A stretch of DNA of 64,000 nucleotides from Chrysomallon squamiferum (lineage: Eukaryota; Animalia; Mollusca), in NCBI GenBank assembly GCA_012295275.1, contig CM022669.1:17856001-17920000 (forward strand), given 5' to 3'. The notes beneath the pieces are model-generated. The model was not told the origin of the DNA. It worked only from the letters and a program-made list of their open reading frames with translations, and did not search any database. Below, in pieces: positions 1 to 15,099 of the stretch (positions within the stretch are counted from its first letter, which is position 1; the number at the start of each line of letters is the position of its first letter). The translations under genes and the position numbers were made by a program.

Positions 1-498
1 TATACTGTAAAAGTGATTTTATTTTGGATTTTAGAGAGAAAGTGTTTACTGAGTTTACATAAAATATTACTGATTTTTCTGATAATAGTTTTAGAATTTT
101 TATTTGTGAGTTTAAATTAAGAGAATTTGAACACGTTATTTTTAATTTAATTTTACCTATAGAAATACCAGTGTACATAATAATACACATATCACTAATA
201 TTTCTGTAGATATATACAATATCTCCAATAGTTTATAGTAATTGGATATTCCATGGAGATTTTTATAGAATTTTTAATTCCCAAAAGGCAGTTATTTTTC
301 AACATTATGTATTGTCTGTTATACTCATATTACAGAAAGTATTCTACAGTAAAACATTAAAAAAGTAATTTTTATCGTCTTGCTGCAATTTTATGTGTGA
401 TTCGTCTGATTAATGTTATGATTACTAACAAAGAAAAAAAAAACGATAAAGAAACAGAATGAATTAATGTAAAATAAAATGAGAAAAATAAAAGAAAG

Positions 499-537
<39 letters not shown>

Positions 538-890
538 AGAATTGAAAAGAAATAAAAAAAAATATATATATATAATAATAAAATTTAATAAAATAAAATA
601 AAGGAAAAGAAACAAAATTAAAACAAAATAAAATAAAATAAAAGTAAAATAACATATATATTTTTAAATAATACAAAATACCAGACTAAAATGTAAAAAA
701 AAAAAAATAACAAAGTTAATAACAAATAATATTTATATAATCATACTGAAAATAAACATGCCTTGCTTAACATACCTGAATAACACATTACATCAGAACA
801 CCGAATGATTAAACATGAACTGACAATAATTTGTTTTAATTTTATTTATTTTCAATACACAACATTAAAATGCCATTAAATTACTCTTAC

Positions 891-990
891 TTTAGTTTTT
901 GAGGTCAAGAGGAACTCCAGCTTCCTCCAGGTATTTTATAACTTCCAACTGTCCTTGTCTGGCTGCCCAGTACACCGCACTGTCACCTTG
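891..990 (-). CDS. DAPK1: DAPK ankyrin-repeat exon: QGDSAVYWAARQGQLEVIKYLEEAGVPLDLKN* (100 nt to the donor; apparent +1 insertion gives TAA at 894-892)
   Basis: Acceptor ttttcag|CAA and donor A|gtaaga. AVYWAARxG matches DAPK1. The exon is one base longer than the expected 99 nt. Confidence 0.9.
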
Positions 991-1423
991 CTGAAAACAC
1001 AAACACAGGGCTCAATTTATTTGTGTTGAAAGTAAATGAGGAGACATTATGCTACGTAGTTGATCCAGAAATCAATATGAAACACGTTTCAATGGAGATT
1101 TAAAAAAAAAAATTAAAATGTGATTAGGAAAAACATTATTTGTGTATTAGGATAAGAGATATGACTTAAAAAATGTATTCATAAACTAATTTTAAGTCAT
1201 AATATAAACAGCGATTTTTCTAAATTTATTAACCGTTAAATGTATAAAATAAGAACCCTAGCCAAGCATATCATTATTACCTGAATATTTGATCATTTTT
1301 TAAAGTCACACACAAACAAACACAGTCATGTACACATACTGACATACTGACTGACATACACACTCACACACACACAGACCAACACTTTCTAGAAATAAAC
1401 ACTTAATTATTGTATTTAATTAC

Positions 1424-1522
1424 CTTGTCTTTTACGTTGACATCGACACCTTTGGCTTGTAGAAATTTGATCACATCAACATGTCCTCCACTGGCAGCCA
1501 TGTGAACAGCAGTCTCACCATG
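1424..1522 (-). CDS. DAPK1: DAPK ankyrin-repeat exon (99 nt): HGETAVHMAASGGHVDVIKFLQAKGVDVNVKDK
   Basis: Acceptor ttgtag|CAT and donor AAG|gtaatt. One complete 33-aa ankyrin repeat. Confidence 0.95.
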
Positions 1523-3196
1523 CTACAACAACAACAAACACATCATCAACACAGTGACAGCAACACTGATACTACTTTACATTTCTTAGATCATCTAGGT
1601 TAGGATATTTTACGCTTTCTTGAAAAGATTATTATTATTTTTTTCAAATTCTCTTTTTATTAATATATGAATGTGGGTCAGCTTCAATATTTATTTCAGA
1701 CAGATATATGATGTACGAGAGCATGTTAATATGTATGGATGGATGCACATATTTGCATCTACAGATATGTATGCATGAGTTGTTATGTACATACAAATGT
1801 ATGACAGCATTTTTAATAAAGTATTGATGAGTACTCTATCAAATAATTTTATATTTGTGCAATATTAAAAATAATGTTGATAAAGTCAAACTGTGTCTCA
1901 ATATTTATACCACAAATAAGAAAAAATCAAAATAAATCCCTAAATAACAGCTGCAACTAAATAACAGACAAAATTCAATATCTAAACTAAATAATAACTG
2001 CTATTAATAAACAGAGCAATATTCTGAGAGACAAGCATGCTACAGATATCTGTGTTGTTGTTTTTTCAGGGTTTTTTCAGTCATCCTTTCATTTACTCAT
2101 ACCCATCTTCAACAAAAACACCAGCAGCACTAACACTATCTCATAAATCTACATACACATACAATATATGTGCATGGATACATTTTACCTAGCCATATTT
2201 AGGTGAATACATAACCCTCCAGGGTTGGTAATAACACTGATAACAAATTACTCTGCCACTGAACTTCATTACTGTGCAAATACGTTACATTATTCAATAT
2301 ACAGCCACATACTCCCTGTAATGTTTCAAAATAATTGCTTTTTTTTTTTACTCTCTCTCAGGCTGTGTACTGAACATGTACATTAACCTAATGATGCCTA
2401 CAGCATTAATTAGATTTACTAAACTGAAAGGTGGAAGATTGAAAGAGTGAGTTTTGGGTATAGCAGACTGCTGTATCTAAAAAGAAAGGGTTTTGCTATT
2501 TAGAATTTTCATTTAAAAAAAGAAAGTGTCATTGAAAAGATAATGTGTTTCTGAAAAGGTCTATTTTTATTTCTGATACTGGGTTATTTGCTTATTAAAT
2601 TGTGTTATTTGATTATGAAATGAGTTATTTGGTGTTTAATTAATTTCCATATTGATAAATGTTTATTAATCTTATAACCAATAATGATTGAGCTTTTGTT
2701 TACTGAGAGACCCATCTAACTAATGGAAGGTATTTTGTGTGAAAATAATGAAAGCTGTTTGGTGACATAACAGCACAGACATGAAACATATTTCGTGTAT
2801 GATAGCAGTAATACACACTTCAATAACTTAGATAATTATTTAATAAATTATTTTAGTAAATTGTATTTTAAACAATTATCATTTTGAGAAAGAAATAGGT
2901 AGAGTTATAAATCTTGCAAAAAATTATATTTGAAAGTAGGGCATTCATAAATAGGCTGTGTGATATTATATTCTTTTAGTGTGAGTGGCACCCCTATCAA
3001 CTATCGTGATTCACACCACTATTGTGTATATCATAAACACTGATTTTCACATCAAAGTGTGATATTACACACAACCATAAATAAATTGATTAATTTTAAT
3101 TCCTATTATGTAACAGTATGATTGAATGAATGTTTAAGGACACATTAATATAAAACATACACAGACTACTATGTATAATGGATAAAAATGAAGTCT

Positions 3197-3249
<53 letters not shown>

Positions 3250-3335
3250 TAAATAATATGTAAGAGGACACTAGCATTACAATATGTACAACATGAAGTT
3301 TGTCAGTTAATTAATGAATGAAGTACAACACCAAC

Positions 3336-3455
3336 CTTGTTAGCTGTGTTCAGATCTATATTGTTAGCCATCTCAGACAACTCCTTCAAACCATCCACAT
3401 TTCCCTCCTCAGATGCACAAAACAGAGCAGCCATCACAAAGTTGTCAGCTTTTTC
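3336..3455 (-). CDS. DAPK1: DAPK first ankyrin-region exon (120 nt): EKADNFVMAALFCASEEGNVDGLKELSEMANNIDLNTANK
   Basis: Poly-T acceptor ttttcag|GAA and donor AAG|gttggt. Aligns with human DEEDSFVMKAIIHAINDDNVPGLQHLL...NK. Confidence 0.92.
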
Positions 3456-4629
3456 CTGAAAAAAAAAAAAAACAACATATAAATACTCTAGAGAATTAAA
3501 AATCACAGTCAATACAATTTTAACAAAGGTTATAAGTTCACCTCAACATAAGCCTATTCAAAATCAAAGCCACCTGAAATTTATAAAGAAATACATTATG
3601 GTGTACTGGAGTTTGGAAAGAAAGTGAAAAATACACCTTATTCTTTTCTCATCACATGCTGTTGTGTGAATGCATTTTTGTGCACATCACTGCACCAGTG
3701 CACACTTTGTCTCAAAGCAGACAGACCATGCAGTAAATATTTAACTTTTCTCAATGCTCAGACCCACGGCACCAATCAAAACTTTATCAGGAAAGCCCAA
3801 CAGTATTTTAAACTTCTTAAATATTGATCAGTCAAATATTTGAGGGCAGTTTAGAAAGAAAAACAACAAATGAAAAACAAAAACAGTCCTGAAAATGTCT
3901 TCTTTTTTTTTTTTTTTCCCCTATCTCTTCTTATTTTTTTTTCATTCAGTTTACTGAACTTAGAAAATTTTGTAAAAAAAAATACTAAAATATTTTTTCT
4001 GTAACTGGAGACTTTTTATTTTTATGTTTTTAAACTTTTTTTTAGACTTTACAGCTTTAGAAATTATACACGTATCCACTAGAGCTGACTAAACTGACCT
4101 AACTTGTAACAAAAAGAGAAGTTTTCCTATCCACCCTTGTCACGACTCTGTCCTTTGTTCACCTACCCACATTCTGCTTTCTCATGCCTGCTCCCTAGAA
4201 GTATCACTGTCAGTGTCAGTGTGTCTGTCTGTCTGTGTGTATGTGTGTGTGTGTGTTTGTATTGTTTCAGAGGCCATGAACTTGCACTGAAGTGGCAAGT
4301 AGCTCCAACTACGCAAACTTGATGGCTTGGAGTAAAAATAATCAAGTTTGTTTGCTATGAACACCTATGTAAAGCCACTCAGAGTGTACCTGTAATATTT
4401 GAATCTTTTCTCTTTCTTTCAAATGTTAATCTGACTCCCAGTGCAGTCCCCACATTTCCTTTCTTAGTTTTATAAACAGTACGTATTTATTATTTATAGA
4501 ATTAAAAAATATATATATATATATACACATTTTCTTACTTAGTTTTTTAAAAACAATTGTATTTATTATTCATAGAATTAAAAAAAAAAAAGAAAAAAAA
4601 GGAATTAAAAAAAAGAGGAATGAAGAACA

Positions 4630-4930
4630 TGTTACATAATGTACTATACTGTATTGATTGCACAATGTTTTAATACATAATGTAATGAATTGTATAATTT
4701 TTTATACAAAATGTAATCAATTGCACAATCTGCTACACATAATGAAATGAGATGCACAATTTGCTACACATAATATAATGAATTACACAATTTGTTATAC
4801 ATAATTTTGAAAAAACTGAAGAATCTGTTGTACATAATATTATGAATTACATAATTTGTTGGACATAATGTAATGAACTATTTTTTGTATGTATATATAT
4901 ATATATATGATGTAATGAACTGTAGTAATT
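4630..4930. repeat. Degenerate ~30-bp tandem repeat (cataatgtaatgaattgcacaatttg...)
   Basis: Recurrent cataat/gaatt/acaat blocks at about 30-bp spacing. Confidence 0.65.
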
Positions 4931-7018
4931 ATTTTAAAACACATTTATGTAATTAATAGTAATGATGATGACAATGAAAACTATTAATTAAAAAGGGAAA
5001 GAAGTCAGAAAAAAAGGTGAGAAAAACAATTGACCAATGGATCATTTGACAAGGTCTGATCACTTTAACCTGTAATTTTTGAGGCAGTCAGAAAAAGGAC
5101 AAATAACACCAATATCTGAGTGCAATACCTGACAAAAAACTACAAAAAACACAAGCTATTTTAATCTATGATAATCCTTAAACTATTCACTGTTGTCGGA
5201 GATAATCCTGTGTCAAAATAAAAGTGTCAGTTGTTCAAAAACTGTAAACACTGTGAAAAGCTTGAAAATATAAAAAATGTCAGAGACAAAAAAACGTAAA
5301 AAAAACAAACCCAAACATACCAGCATTTGCACGTGTGGATATTGAATTTTTATTGCTTTTTTAAATGTAATTTAATTAATTTATTTATTTATTTATTTTA
5401 TTTATTTATTTAAATTTAATTTAATTTAATTTATTTAATTATTTATTTTATTATTGTTGTGTATTATGCTAACAAATTAAATAAAGATTTTATTATAAAC
5501 TGTTATGAAATTTTAAAATTATTTCTGTCTTTCTCATAAAATGTGGAAGTTAACATTTTCTGACACGAGAACTAAAAAAATTTAAATTCTTCATCACAGC
5601 TTCTTTCTTTCATCCTTAATTCATTCATTTATGGTTTAGCTTAAGATTTCTCTGGCTTAATTTCTATTTTATTTGCATAAAAACACAACACACAGTCGGT
5701 TCAAATCCAGCCAAAGATATGAATGATGTTTTTCACACCAATCTTCTTCGTGTCAAGCAGTCGATGAGAACTGTACATTACTCAGCAGTATTATTTCACT
5801 AAAACATGCTTTGTAACTTCAATCTCATTTCACTGGAAACACTACAAAACACAGATAAATTACTCTGTCTACCTTCTGTGACAGTTACAGTATCAAGAAG
5901 GTCATGTAAAAGATGAATCAAGTTTTACACACCTGGACTTGTGTCAAAAGAGACAAGAACTTTTGACCAAATCGTTTTTATCTCTTGAATTAGTATCTCA
6001 TGGATTGGTGAATTACCAACAGAAATTTACAGAACTATCACACAGATAAGATGGATGAAGACAGATTAAGAGGTCAATACACAGATGTGTGTAAAGGTTT
6101 ATCTTGGGTAAACTAACCAAACCGAGGTTTCGAGTATACCTGTTAGTTATTTGCATGATTTTATAAAAGATTGCTGATAAAAAAAAAAAAAAATAAAAAT
6201 TAAATAATAATAATAATCCATTATCATGTCAGATGACTCAATTATCAATCTAATTTATTATAATTATGTCAACCATAGATCAACAATCCATCATCTAATA
6301 TTTTAAAACTGACATCTTTTTCTTCTTTTTTTTTTCTCTGCTCCTTCTTTCTCTATTTATTTATTTATTTATTTATTTATTTACTTACTTACTTACTTAC
6401 TTACATGTTTCCCTGCCCACATATCTAACCATCATTTGTTTCATTATCTACATAAATTTAGTATGCTGCAGATTTTATCTGATCTTTTATAAATCGTATA
6501 AAGTATTTATGATTTTTCCCTGAGGATGTCAGAAAAAGGTTTGTTGATCTGTTTGTGTTATAAATAACAAATGCATCCTCATACCAATCTGAATGGAAAC
6601 ACTCCCAACACATACTTCTTCCTATTTCAATCAATTATTTAGCTATCAATTTAGTTTATTTTTGTTTTAAAGTTATCTTATTGCAGTTTGCAACATATAT
6701 CCATCACGATAAATGTATCCTGTTATTTACTTTTTATTTTTTTATTTCTTTTACTTTTTCTTTCTTTCTTTCTTTCTTTATATATTTATTTATTTATTTT
6801 TTATTTTATTTTATTTTTTTTTTTTTTATTTATTTACTTGCAAGTTATACACAGCACACTGAAGATATTATCTTTTTCTGAAACCATGCATTTGCACCTG
6901 TTTCCTGTTTCATTACAGTGAAAGTAAGTTTGACTTGTTTACTGGAAACTGACAAGTTTAAAAAAATAAAATATAAAATAAAAAATCTTAAGTCAGAAAA
7001 TGCATTTGTATACAAACC

Positions 7019-7270
7019 AAATAACTATAATATAATTATTTGTTATAAAATATCTAGGGTAATTATTTGTAACACAAATAACTATAATAATTACTTGTAA
7101 CATAAATAGCAAGAGTAATCATTTATAACAAATAACTAGGGTAATTATTTGTAACATGTAATTTGGGTATTTGCTTGTAAAAAAAATAATTAGGGTAATT
7201 ATTTGTAACATAAATAACTAGGGTAATTACTGTAACATAAATAACTAGGGTAACTATTTTAATCCAGATA
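7019..7270. repeat. ~28-bp minisatellite (aaataactagggtaattatttgtaacat), decaying toward ~7470
   Basis: About 9 visible copies with varying divergence. Confidence 0.8.
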
Positions 7271-8566
7271 ACAAAGGCATTAGGCTATAACTTGAATCAC
7301 AGAGATATTTAATATTTTTCCAATGATTCAAGTAACAAGTATATAAACTTGAAATTCAAATAACAAGGGCATTTACTTGTTACTGGGACATGGAACTAAA
7401 TCACGAGGGTATTTCTTTTAAGTCAGATAACAGCAGTATTTAATTTGAACTGAAATAACAAGGTTTATTTACATAAAACAAATACAACACTCCCTCCTCC
7501 CCATAAGTTTTTACACATCTTGTGCTCAAACCTTAACTGGAAATAGTCAAGTAAAATATATGTCACTCACACACACACACACTGATTATAACCCAAGCTT
7601 TGTTATATCCCAGACAGCGTCTTTAAAGTGAAGTAACCAGTTTATATTCAAAAAAAGGACACTTACATAAATATCTTCTTCATGAGGTTCAAACACAATA
7701 ACTGAATACACATAAGACTTACTGAAATATTGCAAACTCCTTTTCTTCTTTTCATAATGTTGGTACACATTTCACCTCCATGTCAAAAACAGACCACATA
7801 ATAAGTATGTGACCACGAAGCCACCCTTATGTCAAATAATTTACTGCCCAAGTGCTTAGATAATTGTTTCACGAAGCAGGTAGTATATAAAAATAAGAAA
7901 AGACAGAAGGACATAAACAGGGTATTCATCGCCATCAAGATTGTTGTTAATAGCTGTAACATTGAAAATTTTATCAAAAGAAATAGGTTAGCTAGTCATG
8001 TGTTCACATCTGAGATATTCTATACCATTTCATATGATTTTTTTTTTTTTTTTTTTTGCATAGTAATTTCGTAGCTATAGAAAAGAAAAAAATAAGAAAG
8101 TGTATAATTTCAGTAATGGCTGAACAAGAGAATAAAATATTTTAAACATTTTCTATCAAGGGCTTGGGAAACAATTCATGACTCGAAGACAGGACAAGTG
8201 AAAATATGTGTCAAAAACAAAGCGTTTTGCAGCTAAAAAGAGAAGGGATTGAGTACAGTATTTAAAATGAATCAAGTCACTGGGTTCTGTTTAGATGTTT
8301 GAGAGGATTAAGCTTTATTTTGTGAATCATCTGTCATTTTTGTATCAGAGTCCTTTGTGAATTATTTGCTTTTATGTACTGTTTTTTGTTGTTGTGATGA
8401 TGACGGTTTTTATCTTTTTTTAATAATTTGAGATATGTTATTGTTGTTATTGTTTTTGTTACCATTATTATTATTATTATTATTATTTTTATTATTTAAT
8501 AAACAATGGTCATTCTAAAAGTATTTTTTAATTCAATATTATTATTATTAGTAGTAATAGTATTAA

Positions 8567-8598
<32 letters not shown>

Positions 8599-9450
8599 AA
8601 AAACATGTTATTTTGAAGGATATTCCAGAGATATTTCTTAAAATTCAACAAATTATTTCCAAGAAAACAATAATAATGATTAAGAAAGTGATGACAGTGA
8701 TAATGATGATGATGATGATAGTGGTGGGGATGATAATAACAATAACTGTGATTAAAGGTAAATGTCTACAATGATTATAAATTTACAGCATATGCAGATC
8801 TATCTTAAATGAAGCTTCATTCTGCATGTCAAATACATTTTTAAAAAGGTATTATTATACTAAGATATGTTAATTTAATTTTATCATTCGTTATCTACAT
8901 TATAAATCAATTATGACATATGAAAATAGTCTTAAGATTATGTATGTTTATCTGCCTTAAAGCATACATGAGTGTAGGTTTTGAGACTGAGAGACAGACA
9001 GAGTGAAAGAAACAGTCACAGGCAGACAGTCAAACAGAAAGTGAGACACAGAGAAAGAAAGACAGAGACTGGTATTATTAAAAGAGGATTGCCATAGAGG
9101 AAGGAAGGAAAGACGAGTTAAGCAGGAAAAACAAAACATTAAGATGACTAAAAGGAAAACAATAAAGAAAGAATTCATTATAATCAAGGAAGAATGAAAC
9201 AGCAATGAGAATTAGAAAGATGTTTTCAATATTTAAGTACACACACACCAAGACACACCAGGATTATAAACATGTAAACTGACTCCTATCCTATGACCAG
9301 AGGCTATTTTTTTTTAAATTTAAAACATTAGAATTATCGTGTGTAAGTGAGTAAAAGTCTAAAAATACAATACATGACAGTGTCACATCCTGTACTTGTT
9401 ACTCACAGTGTGTGTGATCTGAACAAGTCATGACTCTGTGGGATACCAGG

Positions 9451-9735
9451 AATGTGTCAAATATGTGGACTGAATGATGATTTTTATAATATGTCAACTA
9501 CATAGGCTGAATGATGATTTTTATAGTATGTCAACTACATAGGCTGAATGATGATTTTTACAATGTGTCAACTACATAGGCTAAACAATGAAATCTACAG
9601 TCACTCAAATACATAGACTGAATGATGATTTCTACAAATACATAAGCTGAATGATGAAATCTACAATCACTCAAATATATAGGCTGAATGATGATTTCTA
9701 CAATCTATCAAATACACAGGCTGAATGATGATTTT
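9451..9735. repeat. 37-bp minisatellite (ggctgaatgatgatttttatagtatgtcaactacata), ~8 copies
   Basis: ctgaatgatga recurs at 9470, 9507, 9544, 9618, 9647, 9684 and 9721. Confidence 0.85.
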
Positions 9736-10291
9736 GAACAATTACTTCATGTCTGTTTGTAGACATGCCAAGTAATACTGAAATTATAGTTTAGTCATGT
9801 TTCTTTTTCCCTTGAGTATATCTAGTTTCAATACAGCTTTATAGCTTATCAATAAATAAATAACAGGCCAAATGAGAGATATGGAAATATATCAATTTTT
9901 TTGTTCATAAGTATATTTGCTTGTAAATAAAATAAAAAGCAAATGATAATAATATTAATGTGTGAGTGTCTGTATGCATGTATGTGTGTATGTATGTATG
10001 TATTACAATCACAGAGTACTACTGCATACAACTTTCTCATTATCAATTACTTCACAGTATATATTTTTATTCAGTGTTATTACATCTACCAAAAACAGAT
10101 ACCTACATATGCAAAAATAATTAAATATTACAAATATAGTTATCCATGCATGAAAACCAATATCAAATATTATAAATATAGTTATATACATATGTAAAAA
10201 AAAACATTAAATATTATAAATATAGTGATAGTAAAAGAACATTAAATATTATTAGTAAGAGACAACAAGGTGTCTGTCTAGGTACTACTAC

Positions 10292-10396
10292 CTGAGCAAG
10301 GTTCATACAGCTTGTATAGATGGATCTCTGCTTGATGGGCTGCTCAAAATGTGACGTTTTCAAACGCATGCTGTTGCTTCGAATGCACGTTTCCAT
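10292..10396 (-). CDS. Candidate alternative first coding exon (35 aa): METCIRSNSMRLKTSHFEQPIKQRSIYTSCMNLAQ
   Basis: Strong start context caacATGG, in-frame TGA at -15, CpG-retaining island, and CAG|gtagta donor in phase 0. Confidence 0.5.
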
Positions 10397-12794
10397 GTTG
10401 AAATATCGTCAAAAATATATTTTCCACATGAAAAAATTAAAGCCTTTTTTTTTTTTTTTCCCTTCTAATACACAAGTGGTAGGAATGCGATATTTCCTCT
10501 AGGATGTCAGACTGAAAATGTGTTCATTGTATTTGTAATTGCACCATATTTCATAGAACATGAATAAAACATATCAGGTGTATGTAACCTAAAGAACAAT
10601 AAATCTTGTATAGCATTTGGCATGTGAGTTTCAAATAACAAACACCGAAAGAACAAACCACTGACAGCGGATCCTATAAAATGAAATGAACTGGAAAGCT
10701 CAGATATTGTTAGAAGTCAAAACTCAGCTGTGACAGGCCCAAAGGTATTTGTATCATCATTAAATGCTGATGTCAGTCTTGATTATATTATTAATGTTTA
10801 GTTATATCCACAAATGTCTTTGAAGTATTAAATATTGTTGCTAATCTTACATACAAGACCAGTTTAGTTATAAAGACCTAGATAAATGTACAGGCAAATT
10901 CATACACTGTATTTTGATCAACTTCAAATAATTGATCTTGATGATATTGTTAAAGATTAGTTAATGCAGATTTAGCACACATATCAAATATTACAGTCAA
11001 TTCTGGATTATTAAAGATGAAAAAATTTAAACATTTCTTCAGATTTTTATTTTTCAAGTACTGCAGTCCATTCTGCTCATCCAGTGACTAGACTGATGTC
11101 ATTTCCTTGTTATAAGCAAACAACAGCTGCTTGTGTAATCCTGTCAATGGCACATCAAAGTTGTGCTCAATTCAAAAACACACAACTGCACATCACTAAA
11201 ACAACAGAACACTAATTGTTTACAGACTGAAGTCCTTTAACATTGTCGTCGACAGCTGCATGAAAGATCTGATTTAAAAATAAAAAGGTTAAAAGGTTTT
11301 CTTTTTCAAAAGCAGCAAAATTGCCTTAAGTTAACACAGCGTAGTTTTAGCTAAAGTTATTCCCTTAATCTTCTTCTTTTTTTTTCTTGATTTTTAAATT
11401 AATAGTTTGCACAAAGTTGATCAATGCAGACACAACAAAATGTTGACAAAAGAAGTTCCTTTAAAAAAATAAATAAAATAAAATCACAAAAAGAATGACG
11501 CTAGTGCTTCTCTAAACTACAGAGCCAACCACACTATAATGTTCAACCAGTCCAACATGATGAAACTGTAAGCAGACACTTTCTTTCTTGGTCCTTTTTT
11601 TTTTTTTATCTCACCCTATTATTTCAAAATTTGGTGTTTTCTGTCTGAACTGAACAAATAACCTGTCAACCCATCACTCTGCATGAGTAGTCTCTAATCC
11701 ATGCACATTCCAACACTGCATCATTGTCTGTTCGAAAAAAAAACCACCAACACATTTCACACCCATACTTCATGTATATCTCATGTACATTGACACCAGT
11801 GAGAAAACAATTCAGTTAATATCCAGCGCTGGCAAGTTATTCACAACATAATGATAAACACACACACACCACTGAGACCATCTCCCTACACGTGGGATAA
11901 AAACAGCAGCTATTCCATTAACTGGTAATGCACAGAGCTGTCTCTCTCTCTCTCTCTCTCTCTACATCTACTACACTTTACTGTAATTACCAACCAGTCA
12001 AGCTATTACATTTTCTAAACCGTAGTACATGCAACTGCTGTTCAGATCTCCTGCAGTTCAAACCTGCTTTGGCTGCTGACTTATTGGCTTACGCACAGAT
12101 TAAAACACAATGTGGTATATGCCGAGAACGGAAGTGTAGATAGAAAACAGAAAACGTATATTTGTGTATCCAGCCAACAGGTGAAATGTTGGACAATTGA
12201 TAAGAACAGCTTCACAGGTCACGCCAGTCCTAGAGGCAAAAAAATAGAATTCCTTAGGGAAAATATAGCTTGATGAAGTGAAGCGAGACTGTCACCCATT
12301 GGACTGTGACATGTGAAGTAGATCAATGAAACGCTTGTATACTAGGATGTAGGGTGTTAACTGTGATGCAGTTATGAGCTAAAGGCAGACATCAATCATT
12401 TATGTAACTTACATGAGTAACTCACTTGCTAATGTGTTTCAGTAAAATATCTAACTGATTATCAGTGAAAACTTGACATTCCTAAGTAATTACGTGACAG
12501 TCTGTGAAGTGAAAAGAGAAGTGAATATGTCTGTTTGAAAAGAAATGTGAGACGTTAAATACATTTTGAGTATGGAACGGTAATAAATAGTGATAATTTT
12601 TTTTTTAAACAGCGCTCATAATAGGTTTGAAATACAAATATGAATTTAATGCATGTAATGATTGATTAAAGGAAATAAAAAATAATTAAGAGTACATTAT
12701 TAAGATTTAATGAAAAGATATTTATTTAACAATATCTGAACACCTTTAATTTGATGTACTGTATTTTTTTATTTGATTCATTTATTTTGTTTAT

Positions 12795-12830
<36 letters not shown>

Positions 12831-12955
12831 GAGAGCTGTATGAATAACATTAGCAATTAGGACAGCTATAGAGATTTTTAAATTAATTTATCTGTTTTTG
12901 GTGGGTTTTTTTCTGATTTCTCATTTTTCTCAAAAATATTAAGTGGTAAAAATGG

Positions 12956-12998
<43 letters not shown>

Positions 12999-15011
12999 GT
13001 AATAGCAACAGTTGCAAAGCCTGAGAGGTTCTACATACTGAAATTTTAATTCCTTAGAGATTTTCTTTTATTAACACATAAATAAAAGTAACCAACCACT
13101 GACAAAGCAATAAACTAGATGACCTTATGGCCTTAAACTACGGACAGGATTAAATTTAATGACTTAAAGCTTAAAATGACCCTTTCATTGTCTGACTTGC
13201 ATCTACATACTGTATACAGGACATAATCCCACACAAGCACTCCCACTTGCTTAATGCTGCACTGGTTAAGCTGTTGCATTTAGACTGGTATGTATTAGGA
13301 TCGTGTCTCAGAGCTGGCCTCTGTTCAGAATAAACTGTTGTAATCCAAGTTTAATTTAATTTTTCATCTACACTTTGTTCTAACATACAGACAGACAACA
13401 CAAAGCTCATTTTTAACGGACAGTTCAACATGGATGTGGTGAAATATTCTATATAGTTATGGTTTACTGAATGAAATTTGTTATGAAATGTCTTCATATG
13501 AACAAATAAAATCCCAAATTTTTTTTTCTACACATTAGCATGATTATTATATATTAATATGGAAATACAAGTGCATGCATATAGACATACACAATTACAC
13601 ACAAAAACACACACATCAAAAACCCAAAACAAAACCAATCACACACACACACACACATACACACATTCAACAAATACATTAACATATCATTATTAATTTA
13701 TACATCATTAGTTTGAAAATATTTAGTGCAAATATGAACAGCAATTATAATATAAATATATTATTATTATTATTATTATTTACAATTACAAAAATCTATT
13801 TAAAATATATATTAAAACAACAATTTTTATTTTTAAAAATCATGCAATAAATAAATATATAAAATTAAAAAAATAATATTAAAAAAGTTTAAATTAGTAA
13901 CAAATATAATAATACAATAATTAATTTTAAATAATCACTTAATCATCTGACTCATTAAATCTAATAAAGGTTTTAACAAATATTATGACATGTAAGGACT
14001 TCTGACTGTGTCAACAGTGCACCTAGGTGCAGAAGGCTGACAAATCCAGTGACATTCAGGTGTGAAAACAGACAGGATTGTCTGATGTTGAAATAACAGA
14101 CTAACGCCAGGTTATCATAGACAAGCAGCTTTACAGTAAATAACCTTAGACTGTACTGATGCTAATGAACATTTGTGTGTTATTGTGTTACCTTTTTCCT
14201 TGTTGTACTTGTACATGAGGACTCTGTGTGTGTATGTGTGTGTGTGTGTGTGTGCATGTGTTTGTGTGTGTGTGTGCATGTGTGTGTATGTGTATATGTA
14301 TGTGTGTGTGTGTGTATGAGTGTGTGCATGTATATCTGTACCTGCCTGTGTGTGTGTGTTTGTGAATGTGTACATATATAAATATTTGAATGTGTTGTCA
14401 GCATTTATGTGTACATGCCAGTGTAATAAGGCAAAGAAAGTCTCTTTTTTTAATACAAATTAAAAATACACTGAAATATAAAGTCAGTGAAATGAAACAC
14501 ACAAAAATACCAACAACCACACTTCCACTTATCAAGCACTGTACAACAGATGATATAACAGCAATGATATAACCTCCCTGGGGCAAAAGATTTTTCTGAG
14601 CAAGCAATAAAGATAATCAACTTTTATTAATAGTTTCTCTTATCATTTACTCACTGCATAACTGATTATAAAAACAGTGACAAATATATATATATATATA
14701 TTTATAATCAATATTAATTTAGAATAGTGATAAACATTTTCCTTTACACACAAAAAATATTGTAATACTATGCATCGCTTGTAAAAAAAAAAAAAAATTA
14801 TATATATATAAAAATAAAAAATAATTAAAAAATTAAAAAAACAACCAAAAATGTTTACAATAATATATCTTAATCTAAAGCAAAAATATACATTTAAGTA
14901 AAACATTTTAAGTTTAAAATAGAATCAGCAAAGGGTAGTAGATATATAAATAACAACAACCATCAATAAACTCATCTTAATTAAAATAGTGGGAATAATT
15001 ATATGTATATA

Positions 15012-15062
<51 letters not shown>

Positions 15063-15068
15063 ATAAAC

Positions 15069-15099
<31 letters not shown>

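Noticed and set aside
9401-9431. ATG ACT TGT...|gtgagt, and ATG ATA TTT G|gtaagt near 23300, as extra first exons
   Set aside because: Both donors are phase 1 relative to the ATG, incompatible with the phase-0 acceptor at 3455.
9451-9735. Box C (ATGATGA) and box D (CTGA) motifs in every 37-bp unit, suggesting a snoRNA cluster
   Set aside because: They are on the plus strand, antisense to the host gene. D and C boxes abut with no terminal stems, and a simple minisatellite explains the pattern.
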